Positions 1 through 9,298 are shown, counted from the stretch's first letter. The stretch: 64,000 bases of DNA from an uncultured Candidatus Saccharibacteria bacterium (GCA_964412585.1 CAYPPJ010000005.1:1512-65511), one strand, 5' to 3'. Numbers and translations are program-made. The notes: generated by a model not told the origin, from the sequence alone.

Positions 1-102
1 TAACATATCCAGAATAACGTGATTAAGGTGGAATTTCTAGTAGGTTGACAAAATTAATATGACGTTATATTATCTTCAACAACCTCTTAGCTCTCTACAA
101 TT

Positions 103-741
103 ATGACAACATCACCTATCCCTGTCTCTGACGTGGCAGATCATGCCAAATTGCGCGCCTTGTTGAACCGGCCAAGTTGGACTCTCTTTCCGCCTGCGGC
201 GCAGGCAAAAGAAGCAGGAAATCTCATCTCCCATCAACGCTGCTTGGCAATTCTTCGAAACGTTGAAATATTTACCGTCGGCCATGTCTGTATGAAGACG
301 GAGATGGAACTGCTTAAATACCGTTTCTTCGGACGAAGAGCTCTGGAATATCTCAAACAGTGCGTTGCATCACACAGTCTAAAACTTGGCATGACTTTTG
401 GGCCAGAACTACATGACCAACGCATCGACCACCAGTGCATTTACTGGTATGATACGAACTCCGGCATTAGCCCCCGAGCAAACTTACGTTTCTTTTTTCA
501 GGACCTCAAAAGGACGGATCGTGCGCGTATCATCACGTCGCTCATGGCCGGAGGTGTTTATGTTGCTTACCCCTACAATAGCAGCCCCGGTCACTCACTA
601 AACATTAGTTTCGCTCGGCAATTTCTCCTGTTCACTGAAGCCGACCTCCTCAAGTTTGCCCACGTAAAACCTCGTCACATCGAGTACATCAAGCAGCGGC
701 TGCAAGAACTCGGCGGATACACTTTGTGGAAATACCGGTAA
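103..741 (+). CDS. hypothetical DNA-binding protein with two RNA polymerase alpha-CTD-like helix-hairpin-helix segments
   Basis: Long ORF. The segment ILRNVEIFTVGHVCMKTEMELLKYRFFGRRALEYLKQ resembles the RpoA C-terminal domain HhH pattern (TVGDL..KTEEELLKIRNFGKKSLEEIK). A second similar segment lies near the C-terminus. No other recognisable domain. Confidence 0.45.
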   Translation: MTTSPIPVSDVADHAKLRALLNRPSWTLFPPAAQAKEAGNLISHQRCLAILRNVEIFTVGHVCMKTEMELLKYRFFGRRALEYLKQCVASHSLKLGMTFGPELHDQRIDHQCIYWYDTNSGISPRANLRFFFQDLKRTDRARIITSLMAGGVYVAYPYNSSPGHSLNISFARQFLLFTEADLLKFAHVKPRHIEYIKQRLQELGGYTLWKYR

Positions 742-791
742 CCTCAATTCGCGCAACATCGCGCACGCTCCAAGTGGGGTGTGTGCGAGTT

Positions 792-1187
792 TTATTTTTC
801 AATTTTAAATACTTTCCAACTAAAATAAACAAATACTACTGCGGTTACAACAATCATTATAATCCCAAATACTTTCCCTTGTGTGTTGTCAGTATAAGCG
901 AAGGTATATATGAACTGAAAAATTGCCACCAACAATTGAACAATCGCAAGCAAAAACATTGCAATCGTAAATTTTTCCGTACGGTCTGAAGATTCTTTTG
1001 CTTGCAAAGTACCTTTATCAATCGATTCGTTTAGCTCTTTGATCGCTCGTCTTGTTAGCTCATCAGATGCCAATGGACCAAAAATCGGACTTGATTCATT
1101 AATAATATGAAGCAACTGTTCTTTTGTAGAATCTTGTATTTTGGGATGAAAGTTACTCATATAATTATTATTTCTTGTAAGAAGCAA
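792..1187 (-). CDS. hypothetical small protein with two C-terminal transmembrane helices
   Basis: ORF in a very AT-rich patch. Hydrophobic C-terminus (FLLAIVQLLVAIFQFIY ... IIMIVVTAVVFVYF). The start is probably the internal Met at 1160. Forms a co-oriented pair with the next ORF. Confidence 0.4.
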   Translation of the reverse strand: MLLTRNNNYMSNFHPKIQDSTKEQLLHIINESSPIFGPLASDELTRRAIKELNESIDKGTLQAKESSDRTEKFTIAMFLLAIVQLLVAIFQFIYTFAYTDNTQGKVFGIIMIVVTAVVFVYFSWKVFKIEK

Positions 1188-1923
1188 CTCTTTGATTCAA
1201 TAACTCCATTCTTTCATCGTTAGTTTTTGGGATGTAGCCTATCTCTTTTTTCCAGATTTGGTAAAGTTTTGCAGTATACGAAAACTTATCATCCATAACT
1301 CCAATACGAACATATAGAGGGATTGCCAATGTCTCAATCAACTCAACAAAAGGTTTTTTAATGGATGACATCGCCAGATGTGTCTTGCTTTTTGTATTCA
1401 TAATTCCAATAGAAAATTCTTCTACTGTATTGAGGCAATACAAAATTGAATATTCCACCTCCACATCTCTGGAGACTATATCATTATAAGTTTTAACAAG
1501 ATCTTTTTGGCTCGTCCATGTCTTCTTATCAAAATCCTCCTTTGAAAATATTAGTGTGCGTGAATTTTTACTATTTGGAAGTTGTGGAATTATTATTTTC
1601 TTTTTATTTAATAATTGCTTCATTTCCCACTCAGAACGAAGCAACTTATCACGAAAAAACCCAACAAATTCAAGTGCTGTTTTAGTTTTTGTATCAGCCC
1701 TTTCTTCGTATCTACTAATATATTCAACAACTGCGAAAAGCGCGGTGTAAGCAATCAATAATTGTGCCCAATGATAAATTCTATCTATCGTAATGGACTC
1801 GTACCAATTCTCGATCGAAAAAAATATTATGACTTTATTTACTATCCAATATACAAGGAAAAAACCAACTAAATATACTCCCCACTTTAATATACAAGCC
1901 CCCCAAAATTTAACCTTTTCCAT
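1168..1923 (-). CDS. hypothetical membrane-anchored protein (N-terminal TM helices plus a ~170 aa soluble domain)
   Basis: The annotated ORF runs to 1992 but its first 23 codons (Arg/Lys-rich) overlap uvrB in another frame. The likely start is MEKVKFWG at 1923. AT-rich, like its partner ORF. Confidence 0.45.
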   Translation of the reverse strand: MEKVKFWGACILKWGVYLVGFFLVYWIVNKVIIFFSIENWYESITIDRIYHWAQLLIAYTALFAVVEYISRYEERADTKTKTALEFVGFFRDKLLRSEWEMKQLLNKKKIIIPQLPNSKNSRTLIFSKEDFDKKTWTSQKDLVKTYNDIVSRDVEVEYSILYCLNTVEEFSIGIMNTKSKTHLAMSSIKKPFVELIETLAIPLYVRIGVMDDKFSYTAKLYQIWKKEIGYIPKTNDERMELLNQRVASYKK

Positions 1924-1924
1924 A

Positions 1925-4105
1925 TTATTTTTCTTTCTTCCTTTCCCCCTTCTCCTTCTTAACCTCCTTCTCCGCCCTCTTTTCAATCTCAATCAACTCA
2001 TCTCGTATCAACGCCGCGGTCTCAAAATCCAGCGCCTTGACGGCCTCTTCCATGGCGGCCTGTTTCTGCTTCATCAAGAGCTTAGGATTGGTGCGCGCCA
2101 GTTCTTCATCGATCTTGACGAGCTCATTGACGGCCTTCTCATGCTCGGTACGCAGCTGATCGGTAATATCATGAATAGCTTTCTTGATGGTGACCGGCGT
2201 GATGCCATGCTCCTTATTGTAGGCAATCTGCAGCGCGCGGCGGCGATCGGTCTCCTTGATGGCGCGATCCATGGAACCGGTGAGGTTGTCGGCATAGAGG
2301 ATAACACGGCCGGCGGCATTGCGGGCAGCACGACCGATGGTCTGAATGAGCGCCGTTTCGGAGCGCAAAAAACCTTCCTTGTCGGCATCGAGAATACCGA
2401 TGAGCGAAACTTCAGGCAGGTCCAGTCCCTCGCGCAGGAGGTTGACGCCCACCACGATATCGTACTTCCCTTTGCGGAAATCCGTCAGAATATTGATGCG
2501 CTCGATGGTCTTGATGTCGCTATGCAGATACACCGCCTTGATCTGCTTTTCCTTGAGGAATTCAGAGAGGTCTTCAGCCATTTTCTTGGTTAATGTGGTA
2601 GCGATCACACGGTCGCCACTTTCTATAGTCTTTTGAGCTTCTTCAATGAAGTCAAAGATTTGACCCATGTAGGGAGTTTTTGAACGTTCCTTCGAAGGGG
2701 CCTTCGGACTGAGCGAAGGCGAAGGAGAACGAGCCGCGTCCTCAGCAGAGGACGACGGCGTACCCTGAGGAGGAATGTGCGAAAACTCCCGAATGGGTCT
2801 GATTTCTACAATTGGGTCAATCAATCCAGTAGGTCGAATAACTTGCTCCACCACCTGCTTACTCGTCTCTGCTTCATATTTGCCCGGCGTGGCCGAAGTA
2901 TAGATCATCGGACCCACACGCTCGAGGAATTCATTGAACTTCAGCGGTCGGTTATCTTTTGCCGAAGGCAGTCGGAAGCCATGCTCCACCAACGTATCCT
3001 TGCGCGAAAAGTCACCCGCATACATACCATTGAGTTGCGGGATGGTCACGTGCGATTCATCGATGATGGTCAAAAAATCTGCCACCATTTTGCCCGTCTT
3101 GGGATCTTTCTTTTTTGGGAAGTACGAGAGCAGCGTATCAGGCGGCTCGCCAGGCATCATGCCGGAGAAATGTCGTGAGTAGTTCTCAATGCCGTTGGTA
3201 TAGCCAATCTCCTTGATCATCGAGAGATCGTATTTGACGCGACGCTTGAGGCGCTCGGCTTCGAGCATTTTGCCCGCCTTCTCGAGCTCTTTGAGTCGAC
3301 CGACCAGCTCGGCCTGAATGGTTTTGTAGGCACGCTCACTCTGTTCATCAGTCGAGATAAAGTGCTTGGCCGGAAAAACAAAGATGGTGTCATGTGTGGC
3401 ACGGACCGAGCGCGAGACCGGATCCAGTTCGGTGATGGTAGAAATGCTCGAACCCTCGTATTCGAGTCGATAAATCGTTTTTTCATTGACCGGCATAATC
3501 TCGATAGTATTCCCCACCGCACGGAAGTTGCCGGAGTTCACATCAGCAGTGGTGCGTTCGAAATGAATGTCGATAAGCTTGCGAATAAGTTCAGCGCGCG
3601 ACAGTTCCATGCCCACTTTCAATTTCAAATTCACCTTTTCATATTCCTCCGGACTTCCCAAACCATAGATGCAGGAAACTGAAGCCACAATGATGACATC
3701 TTTACGAGTAAGGAGCGCCTGGGTCGATGCGTGGCGAAGCCTTTCAATTTCTTCGTTGATCATTGCCTCTTTCTCAATGTAGGTATCGCTTGAGGGAATG
3801 TAGGCCTCGGGCTGGTAGTAGTCATAGTACGAAACAAAGTAGTGCACCGCATTGTTGGGGAAAAATTCACGGTACTCCTGGGCAAGCTGGGCTGCGAGCG
3901 TTTTGTTGTGAGCAATGACGAGAGTTGGTTTGCCATATTGAGCAATTACATTGGCGGCCGTAAACGTCTTTCCTGAACCGGTCACACCGAGCAGAGTCTG
4001 ACTATCGAGCCCCTTCTTGAGCCCATCCACCAACGACAAAATAGCCTTTGGCTGGTCGCCGGCTGGTGCGAAGGGAGTGGCTATTTTGAAGGGTGAACTG
4101 CTCAT
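1925..4105 (-). CDS. uvrB: excinuclease ABC subunit B
   Basis: Walker A motif GVTGSGKTFT, helicase motifs, and a C-terminal UVR domain (ALIRDELIEIEKRAE). 726 aa. Contains a ~45 aa Ser/Pro-rich insertion and a Lys/Glu-rich tail. Confidence 0.95.
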   Translation of the reverse strand: MSSSPFKIATPFAPAGDQPKAILSLVDGLKKGLDSQTLLGVTGSGKTFTAANVIAQYGKPTLVIAHNKTLAAQLAQEYREFFPNNAVHYFVSYYDYYQPEAYIPSSDTYIEKEAMINEEIERLRHASTQALLTRKDVIIVASVSCIYGLGSPEEYEKVNLKLKVGMELSRAELIRKLIDIHFERTTADVNSGNFRAVGNTIEIMPVNEKTIYRLEYEGSSISTITELDPVSRSVRATHDTIFVFPAKHFISTDEQSERAYKTIQAELVGRLKELEKAGKMLEAERLKRRVKYDLSMIKEIGYTNGIENYSRHFSGMMPGEPPDTLLSYFPKKKDPKTGKMVADFLTIIDESHVTIPQLNGMYAGDFSRKDTLVEHGFRLPSAKDNRPLKFNEFLERVGPMIYTSATPGKYEAETSKQVVEQVIRPTGLIDPIVEIRPIREFSHIPPQGTPSSSAEDAARSPSPSLSPKAPSKERSKTPYMGQIFDFIEEAQKTIESGDRVIATTLTKKMAEDLSEFLKEKQIKAVYLHSDIKTIERINILTDFRKGKYDIVVGVNLLREGLDLPEVSLIGILDADKEGFLRSETALIQTIGRAARNAAGRVILYADNLTGSMDRAIKETDRRRALQIAYNKEHGITPVTIKKAIHDITDQLRTEHEKAVNELVKIDEELARTNPKLLMKQKQAAMEEAVKALDFETAALIRDELIEIEKRAEKEVKKEKGERKKEK

Positions 4106-4147
4106 AAATACCTAGTAAGAATCTCATATTTTGGGAAGGAGGGATAC

Positions 4148-4177
4148 TTGACTTTTATGTATAATATGTGTTATAAT
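4148..4177 (+). promoter_or_regulatory. sigma70-like promoter (TTGACT, 17-18 bp spacer, TATAAT) firing away from uvrB
   Basis: TTGACT at 4148-4153 and TTATAAT at 4171-4177. Directly upstream of a 21-bp inverted repeat and the ORF at 4380. Confidence 0.45.
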
Positions 4178-4214
4178 ACTAACAGTACAGAATCATTGAA
4201 ATAACAGTGGCGCT

Positions 4215-4280
4215 CACGAGATAGCTTCTTGCATGTCTTCCCTTTAACTATTATGAAGGCATGCAGCAAGCTATCTCGTA
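4215..4280. repeat. 21-bp near-perfect inverted repeat with a 24-nt loop (cacgagatagcttcttgcatg / catgcagcaagctatctcgta)
   Basis: Read directly: arms at 4215-4235 and 4260-4280, with one mismatch pair. No T-run follows, so it is probably not a terminator. Confidence 0.6.
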
Positions 4281-4379
4281 CAGGTAGTAAGTAAGTTGTC
4301 TGAACTTAATAGGGGTCATTGGCTGAAAAGTCATTGATCTCTGGACAACGGTACGTGCTACCGACCATGCCCAAAAAGC

Positions 4380-4802
4380 ATGACAACAGCGCACTCCATT
4401 GCTATGAAAGAAAAAACCCGCCAGGCGCTTCTTGCGCAGTCCAGTAATCACGTATACGTGCCGAAAATTGTTGCCCTAGCATTAGGGATAGAATGGGAGC
4501 ACGTCTCCATACATCGTGCGCAAAAAATGGGAGCAAAAAACATTCACATCAAAGAGAAGAATAATGGGATGGTGGCACAATGGCCACAATTCTTCTTTGA
4601 TCTCGCTGCGAGGGTTGAAAAAACGTTCGCGGAAAACCAGTACACCTGGCAGCATCGCGACGTGACAGTTCTGCAAGCCGCAGTAAAACTGCACATGGCT
4701 GGCCGCGGTGATGAAGCACTTGCTATGTGCTCGGAACACACTGGAGTTCCAAAGGCTGAAATGCCAACAAGCTTCCTTGAACAGGTAATGCCTGAATTGT
4801 GA
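4380..4802 (+). CDS. hypothetical protein
   Basis: 140-aa ORF with protein-like composition. Preceded by a promoter and leader hairpin, and followed by a strong hairpin at 4885-4917. Confidence 0.4.
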   Translation: MTTAHSIAMKEKTRQALLAQSSNHVYVPKIVALALGIEWEHVSIHRAQKMGAKNIHIKEKNNGMVAQWPQFFFDLAARVEKTFAENQYTWQHRDVTVLQAAVKLHMAGRGDEALAMCSEHTGVPKAEMPTSFLEQVMPEL

Positions 4803-4884
4803 AGAAATCAATTTTGTCCATTTTCCAAAATGGTCCGCCGAAAGGCAATGGAGATTACACGAACTTGCTCCGCAAGAAATCGTA

Positions 4885-4917
4885 GGGAGGGACGCGGCAC
4901 AGGGTCGCGTTCCTCCC
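4885..4917 (+). terminator. 12-bp GC-rich hairpin (gggagggacgcg...cgcgttcctccc), putative terminator of the 4380 ORF
   Basis: Stem at 4885-4896 and 4906-4917 with one G-U pair. A T-rich stretch follows. Confidence 0.4.
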
Positions 4918-6005
4918 TCTCTCACCACTGTTAGTGTTCTTTCAAGGGTCAGATGTCCCACATAAAATATCATGATGCCAGCCCACACATTCTGTGGGCT
5001 TTGTCGTTTATGGAATACAAAAAATCCCGCACACCACCTCCTTGGCAATGCGCGGGTCGTCGCTATGGCAGATCTCAGTCTGAACCTTAATAGCAACAAA
5101 ATTCAAAGTCCATTAGTGCCACCCCAACCACCGGATAGAAATTCCCACGATGAACGACTCCGACGATCGCGACCTTTGTATTGGCCGATTTTTTCACGGA
5201 GTGCATTTGGATGACTCTTGTAATACTGATAGTTGCGATCCTTGCGCTCTTTTGTGCGCCGACTGAACTCATCAATAGAAATCCACTCGGACTGATCTGG
5301 TGGTAATGACCAATAATGCCACCCAAGCCACTGTCCATCAACGAAGGTCCAACTAACACTTCCGTGTGTTGGCGCTTCAGTAAATGGACGTGTTGTGTCT
5401 TTTGAGCGAAACCGCTCGACTCCGTTAACCGTCGTTGTACTCATGTTATGCCTTTGGTTGTGCGCTGATGATGGGGTTCGTTTCGGCGGGAGGCCGCGGC
5501 ACAGAGGGAGCTGAAGTTGAGACAGCTCCGCCCCATACCATACGGCCATCCCGCCAAAGTGTTATGCGGTAACCGCGAGTTCGCATCGCAGCTGCACGGT
5601 AAATGCATATGTCGATGGATGTACCCAGCGGATCGGAATCGTGACCGGCAGCTTCTTCGATTTGAATAAGCGAAGCGTGCGTCCTCCCCGGCCCGACAGA
5701 CGGACCGAGCGACGCGCCGCCGGCAAAAGCGGTGTGGTTATGCCATTAGTGAGTGTTTTCATAGGCAATGGATGTTGAATTGTAAAGAACAAAACAGGCT
5801 CCGTGTTCGTTTGGAGCCTGTGTCTGTAATTAATTGAGGGGTGAATTCATTACAAAGACTGACTCCAAACATGCTTCCAAATGGTAAGCACGTACGAGTT
5901 GCGGGTCATCTTTGTAAAATGGAAATTCATATGCGTTAGTGATGAGTATTATACCAGGTATCGTAGATTATGCAAGCTATAAGTTATTCACAGCATAAAT
6001 AAACA

Positions 6006-6038
6006 AGGCCTCTACGAGAAAACGGTTCTCGCGAGGCC
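6006..6038 (-). terminator. hairpin ggcctc-ta-cgagaa aacgg ttctcg-c-gaggcc followed on the minus strand by a T-rich run
   Basis: Inverted repeat read directly. On the minus strand it is followed by TTGTTTATTTAT. Lies 260 nt downstream of the tkt C-terminal gene. Confidence 0.45.
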
Positions 6039-6046
6039 ATGTGGTT

Positions 6047-6250
6047 TCAGTGGACAGCTTCCAGTCGAGACGACCGAGCTGCCACCTCTCCGATGATTTC
6101 TCCGTCAATTCGGCGAAAAGGATTGAGCTGATGCCGAACTTCAGGTTGTTCATCGCGCGGTTCATGGTCTTCCCCGCCCTCGATACAGCTTGGGAATGGA
6201 ACACCAGAACTAGTCCGATCATGGAATAACTGCATGACGTTGCGTGCCAT
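6047..6250 (-). CDS. possible small protein (67 aa) co-transcribed downstream of split tkt
   Basis: The ORF ends 9 nt before the 6006-6038 terminator hairpin. The overlapping alternative ORFs would run through the terminator. Weak support. Confidence 0.2.
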   Translation of the reverse strand: MARNVMQLFHDRTSSGVPFPSCIEGGEDHEPRDEQPEVRHQLNPFRRIDGEIIGEVAARSSRLEAVH

Positions 6251-6298
6251 AATCAGGTTTGGTTCGCTCGAAACTATACCATATATATGTATAGACGG

Positions 6299-7315
6299 CT
6301 ATCTCCTCAACATCACCCTCTGAACCGCCGCATAGATGTCTTTTTCACCCATGCCATAATGTTCGATGAGCTCATCAGGCTTCCCCGTCTGCCCAAATTG
6401 ATCTTTGACACCAATAAATTCTATAGGTACTGGAAAATGTGCAGCTAGACATTCTGCTACTGCTGAACCCATACCGCCGGCAATCTGATGTTCTTCAACA
6501 GTAACTATTCCACCAGTCTCATGAGCGAGCTTGATAATTGCGTGTTCATCTAACGGTTTAATCGTGGCCAGATTTAATACAACAACCTCCTTCCCTTCGT
6601 CTTCAAGTTTTTGTGCGACTTTCAAAGCTTTGAAAAGAAGTGCTCCTGTGGCGATAATGCCAATAGAATTTTTTGGTGCTTTTGAATTACCCGCTACCTT
6701 TTTTGTCCGAAATACTTCTTGCGCCTTTCCGATTTCAAATGGCGTGTCTTCAGTGGTGATGATGGGTGTCTTTTCGCGAGCTAGACGTATATAGGTCGGC
6801 GAATTTGTCTTGGCCGCAGCGATAGTCGCTTTCTTTGCTTCGATTGCATCACATGGTGAAATGACCACCATCCTCGGCAATACGCGAGTAATGGCAATGT
6901 CCTCAAGCGCCTGATGACTTCCTCCATCAGGGCCTACTGACACTCCCGCGTGTGAGCCAGCAATCTTGACTGGTCGGTTGTTGTAACAGACCGTCGTGCG
7001 AATCTGTTCCCAATTTCTTCCTGGACTAAATACGGCATACGAACTCACAAATGGAATCTTTCCCATGGCTGCCATGCCAGATGCCACACTGACCAAGTTT
7101 TGTTCTGCTACACCAATCTCGGTAAAGCGTTCAGGAAATTTCTTTTTGAATGCTTCCATCTGGGTCGATTCGGTGAGATCTGCGCAAAGACCAACGACGT
7201 TTTTATCTGCTTCGGCTGCTTTTAATAGACCTTCGCCAAAACCTTTGCGAATAGGAACTTGCTCGACTGTTTCGTCGAAGAGTTTGGGGTTGAGTTTTTG
7301 AGAGGGGGTGAGCAT
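6299..7315 (-). CDS. transketolase, C-terminal subunit (pyrimidine-binding and C-terminal domains)
   Basis: 338-aa ORF with a transketolase pyrimidine-binding domain pattern (PIRKGFGEGL, FTEIGVAEQN, GPDGGSHQALEDIA). It is the second half of a split tkt. Confidence 0.9.
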   Translation of the reverse strand: MLTPSQKLNPKLFDETVEQVPIRKGFGEGLLKAAEADKNVVGLCADLTESTQMEAFKKKFPERFTEIGVAEQNLVSVASGMAAMGKIPFVSSYAVFSPGRNWEQIRTTVCYNNRPVKIAGSHAGVSVGPDGGSHQALEDIAITRVLPRMVVISPCDAIEAKKATIAAAKTNSPTYIRLAREKTPIITTEDTPFEIGKAQEVFRTKKVAGNSKAPKNSIGIIATGALLFKALKVAQKLEDEGKEVVVLNLATIKPLDEHAIIKLAHETGGIVTVEEHQIAGGMGSAVAECLAAHFPVPIEFIGVKDQFGQTGKPDELIEHYGMGEKDIYAAVQRVMLRR

Positions 7316-7322
7316 ATGACTA

Positions 7323-7649
7323 TTAACTAGCTACGATCGACTTAGAAATTCCCGCAACAACTACAGCAACCATCGAACAGACGAGGACAATTTTATGCAT
7401 CTTAGTGATCGGCTGTTTCCTCTTTTTATAAATTATAGCGCTGATTATAAGTCCCAAAATAGAAGCTGCTAACAGTGGCCAAAATATGAACAATTGAGCA
7501 AGAACAAATTGAAGGCCAGAAAATATACACTCCATGTGAGTGGTAGTACGGCATGTATTGAATTCTAATACATATGCAATATCGGATCCTACTGACCCCA
7601 ACACTCCTATAGAACTTAACCAAGCAAAAGTTTTTATTGTGTTATTCAT
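7323..7649 (-). CDS. small hypothetical membrane protein inserted between the two transketolase subunit genes
   Basis: 108 aa with 3 predicted TM helices. Tightly packed between 7657 and 7315, on the same strand. Confidence 0.5.
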   Translation of the reverse strand: MNNTIKTFAWLSSIGVLGSVGSDIAYVLEFNTCRTTTHMECIFSGLQFVLAQLFIFWPLLAASILGLIISAIIYKKRKQPITKMHKIVLVCSMVAVVVAGISKSIVAS

Positions 7650-7656
7650 AAGTATA

Positions 7657-8538
7657 TTAATTATAATGCGGACTCTCTACATGACCACCTAACGTACGAA
7701 CATTTTTAAGAGCTTGGCGAGCGGTTTCTATCTCCTCCGGCGTTGTTGGTGGCTTTCCATGCCATTCAAACTTACGCTCAAATGCAGGCACTCCCTTTGA
7801 GGCAATCGTATTGGCAATGATCACTGACGGCTTATCAAAGACCGCCTGCGCCTGACCTATGGCGCGGTCAATGTCCCGAAAATTGTGACCATCGATCTCC
7901 TGCACATGCCAGTTCCAGGCGCGCCATTTATCGGCGAGCGGATTGAGCGGCATGACATCTTCGGTGAAGCCATCTATCTGAATATTGTTGCGATCTATAA
8001 TAGCAGTCAGATTTTGTAGACGCTCCTTGCCTGCCAGCATGGCACCCTCCCAACTATTACCCTCATTGAGTTCACCATCACTCATCAAACAATAAAATTG
8101 TTTGCCTGACGTCTTGCCATTGTCCATCCTATCAGCGAGCGCCATACCGACTGTTTGAGATAATCCGGAGCCGAGTGGACCAGATGAATTTTCGAGTGCG
8201 GGTAAAAATTCTCGATGCGGATGACCTTGGAGTTTCGAACCAAACTTACGTAGGGTTTTCAATTCTGAAACAGGAAAATATCCTGCATGTGCCATGGTGG
8301 CATACAACACGGGCGCAATATGACCATTTGAAAGGACCAGTCGGTCACGATACGGCCAGTCGGGCTTCTTGGGGTCATGTTTGAGCGCGTGGAAATAGAG
8401 ATAGGTGAAGATGTCAGCCATATCCAGAGGTCCAGCGGTGTGACCACTTTTTGCCTCGATTAAGGACTCGACAAGAGAGCGGCGAATGTCTTTCGCCTTG
8501 GCTTCGAGAAATGCTATTTTTTCATCGGTCAGAGCCAT
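7657..8538 (-). CDS. transketolase, N-terminal subunit (thiamine-diphosphate-binding)
   Basis: GHTAGPLDMADIF, a GDG...NEG TPP-binding motif, and GHPHREF. The annotated ORF extends to 8592. The start is probably MALTDEK at 8538. Confidence 0.9.
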   Translation of the reverse strand: MALTDEKIAFLEAKAKDIRRSLVESLIEAKSGHTAGPLDMADIFTYLYFHALKHDPKKPDWPYRDRLVLSNGHIAPVLYATMAHAGYFPVSELKTLRKFGSKLQGHPHREFLPALENSSGPLGSGLSQTVGMALADRMDNGKTSGKQFYCLMSDGELNEGNSWEGAMLAGKERLQNLTAIIDRNNIQIDGFTEDVMPLNPLADKWRAWNWHVQEIDGHNFRDIDRAIGQAQAVFDKPSVIIANTIASKGVPAFERKFEWHGKPPTTPEEIETARQALKNVRTLGGHVESPHYN

Positions 8539-8626
8539 GTATGTATTATAGTATATCATGTTGTTGACAGAGGTTCCCAACGGGGGTAGCATTTCTGGTG
8601 AACCCAGATCTGCAAAGCGTCATACG

Positions 8627-9298
8627 ATGGCTTTGCATTACAAAAAACCAACGAAAGGCACTGCCATGAGCACAAAGCTCACCCTCCCGCCCCCTCCAAC
8701 AGCGTTGCGCAATCACCAAATACGGTTGCCCAACCCTCCGACCCGAAATGCCCGAACTCGACTCTTGGCCCAACGACCTCTCGCTTACCACTTGAGCATC
8801 CTCGGTGTTAAGCCGTTTGATGAGCACGCCATTGAGGCGTACAAGTTCGAACAGGTGTTCAAATTGCGCCATCCGCAGCGCGAATACCGGAAACTCAAAT
8901 CCTACGCCATTACGCTTGCAGTCATCGCATTCTTCGCGTACGGCGTCGGTTCAAACCTTCACAACGTCTGGACCATGATCGGCATGATCTGCGCCGGCAC
9001 TATCGCCTCCCTGATCGCCTGGGTATCTACTGGTCCGAACGAACCGATCAAGCGCCCCCTGGCACAATGGCGTGAAGTTTCGCTCGGCCATTTCCTGGAC
9101 ACGATGCTCCAAATGGTTCCGGAACCGGCCGTAGAACTTGCCGAGGAGGTCAAAACCCGCCTGCCGAGTGCCTCAGTTACGGTTGAATACTTGGACAAAG
9201 ATCCAATCATGTGGATCAAACACGAACGTCCTGGTACCAATCGTTTCGTTGAACGTTATGCAGTACAAGTCTGGGGCGAACCTGATTTCGTTCCCTGA
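8627..9298 (+). CDS. hypothetical protein with two central TM helices
   Basis: The ORF begins at 8558 overlapping tkt. In-frame ATGs occur at 8627 and 8666. Hydrophobic segments AITLAVIAFFAYGV and MIGMICAGTIASLIAWV. Confidence 0.4.
   Translation: MALHYKKPTKGTAMSTKLTLPPPPTALRNHQIRLPNPPTRNARTRLLAQRPLAYHLSILGVKPFDEHAIEAYKFEQVFKLRHPQREYRKLKSYAITLAVIAFFAYGVGSNLHNVWTMIGMICAGTIASLIAWVSTGPNEPIKRPLAQWREVSLGHFLDTMLQMVPEPAVELAEEVKTRLPSASVTVEYLDKDPIMWIKHERPGTNRFVERYAVQVWGEPDFVP

Noticed and set aside
2074-4105. Antisense and out-of-frame ORFs inside uvrB (for example 1793-2593+, 2777-3178+, 3362-3682+)
   Set aside because: They overlap a strongly supported uvrB CDS and have low-complexity or Arg-rich shadow-ORF composition.
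4482-5099. 205-aa minus-strand ORF rich in Cys/His/Phe
   Set aside because: It overlaps the more protein-like plus-strand ORF 4380-4802 and the 4885-4917 hairpin. Its composition is typical of an antisense frame.
5103-5792. Small minus-strand ORFs 5103-5549 and 5562-5792
   Set aside because: Mixed composition and no recognisable motifs, with overlapping alternative frames. They might be real small genes but could not be supported from sequence alone.
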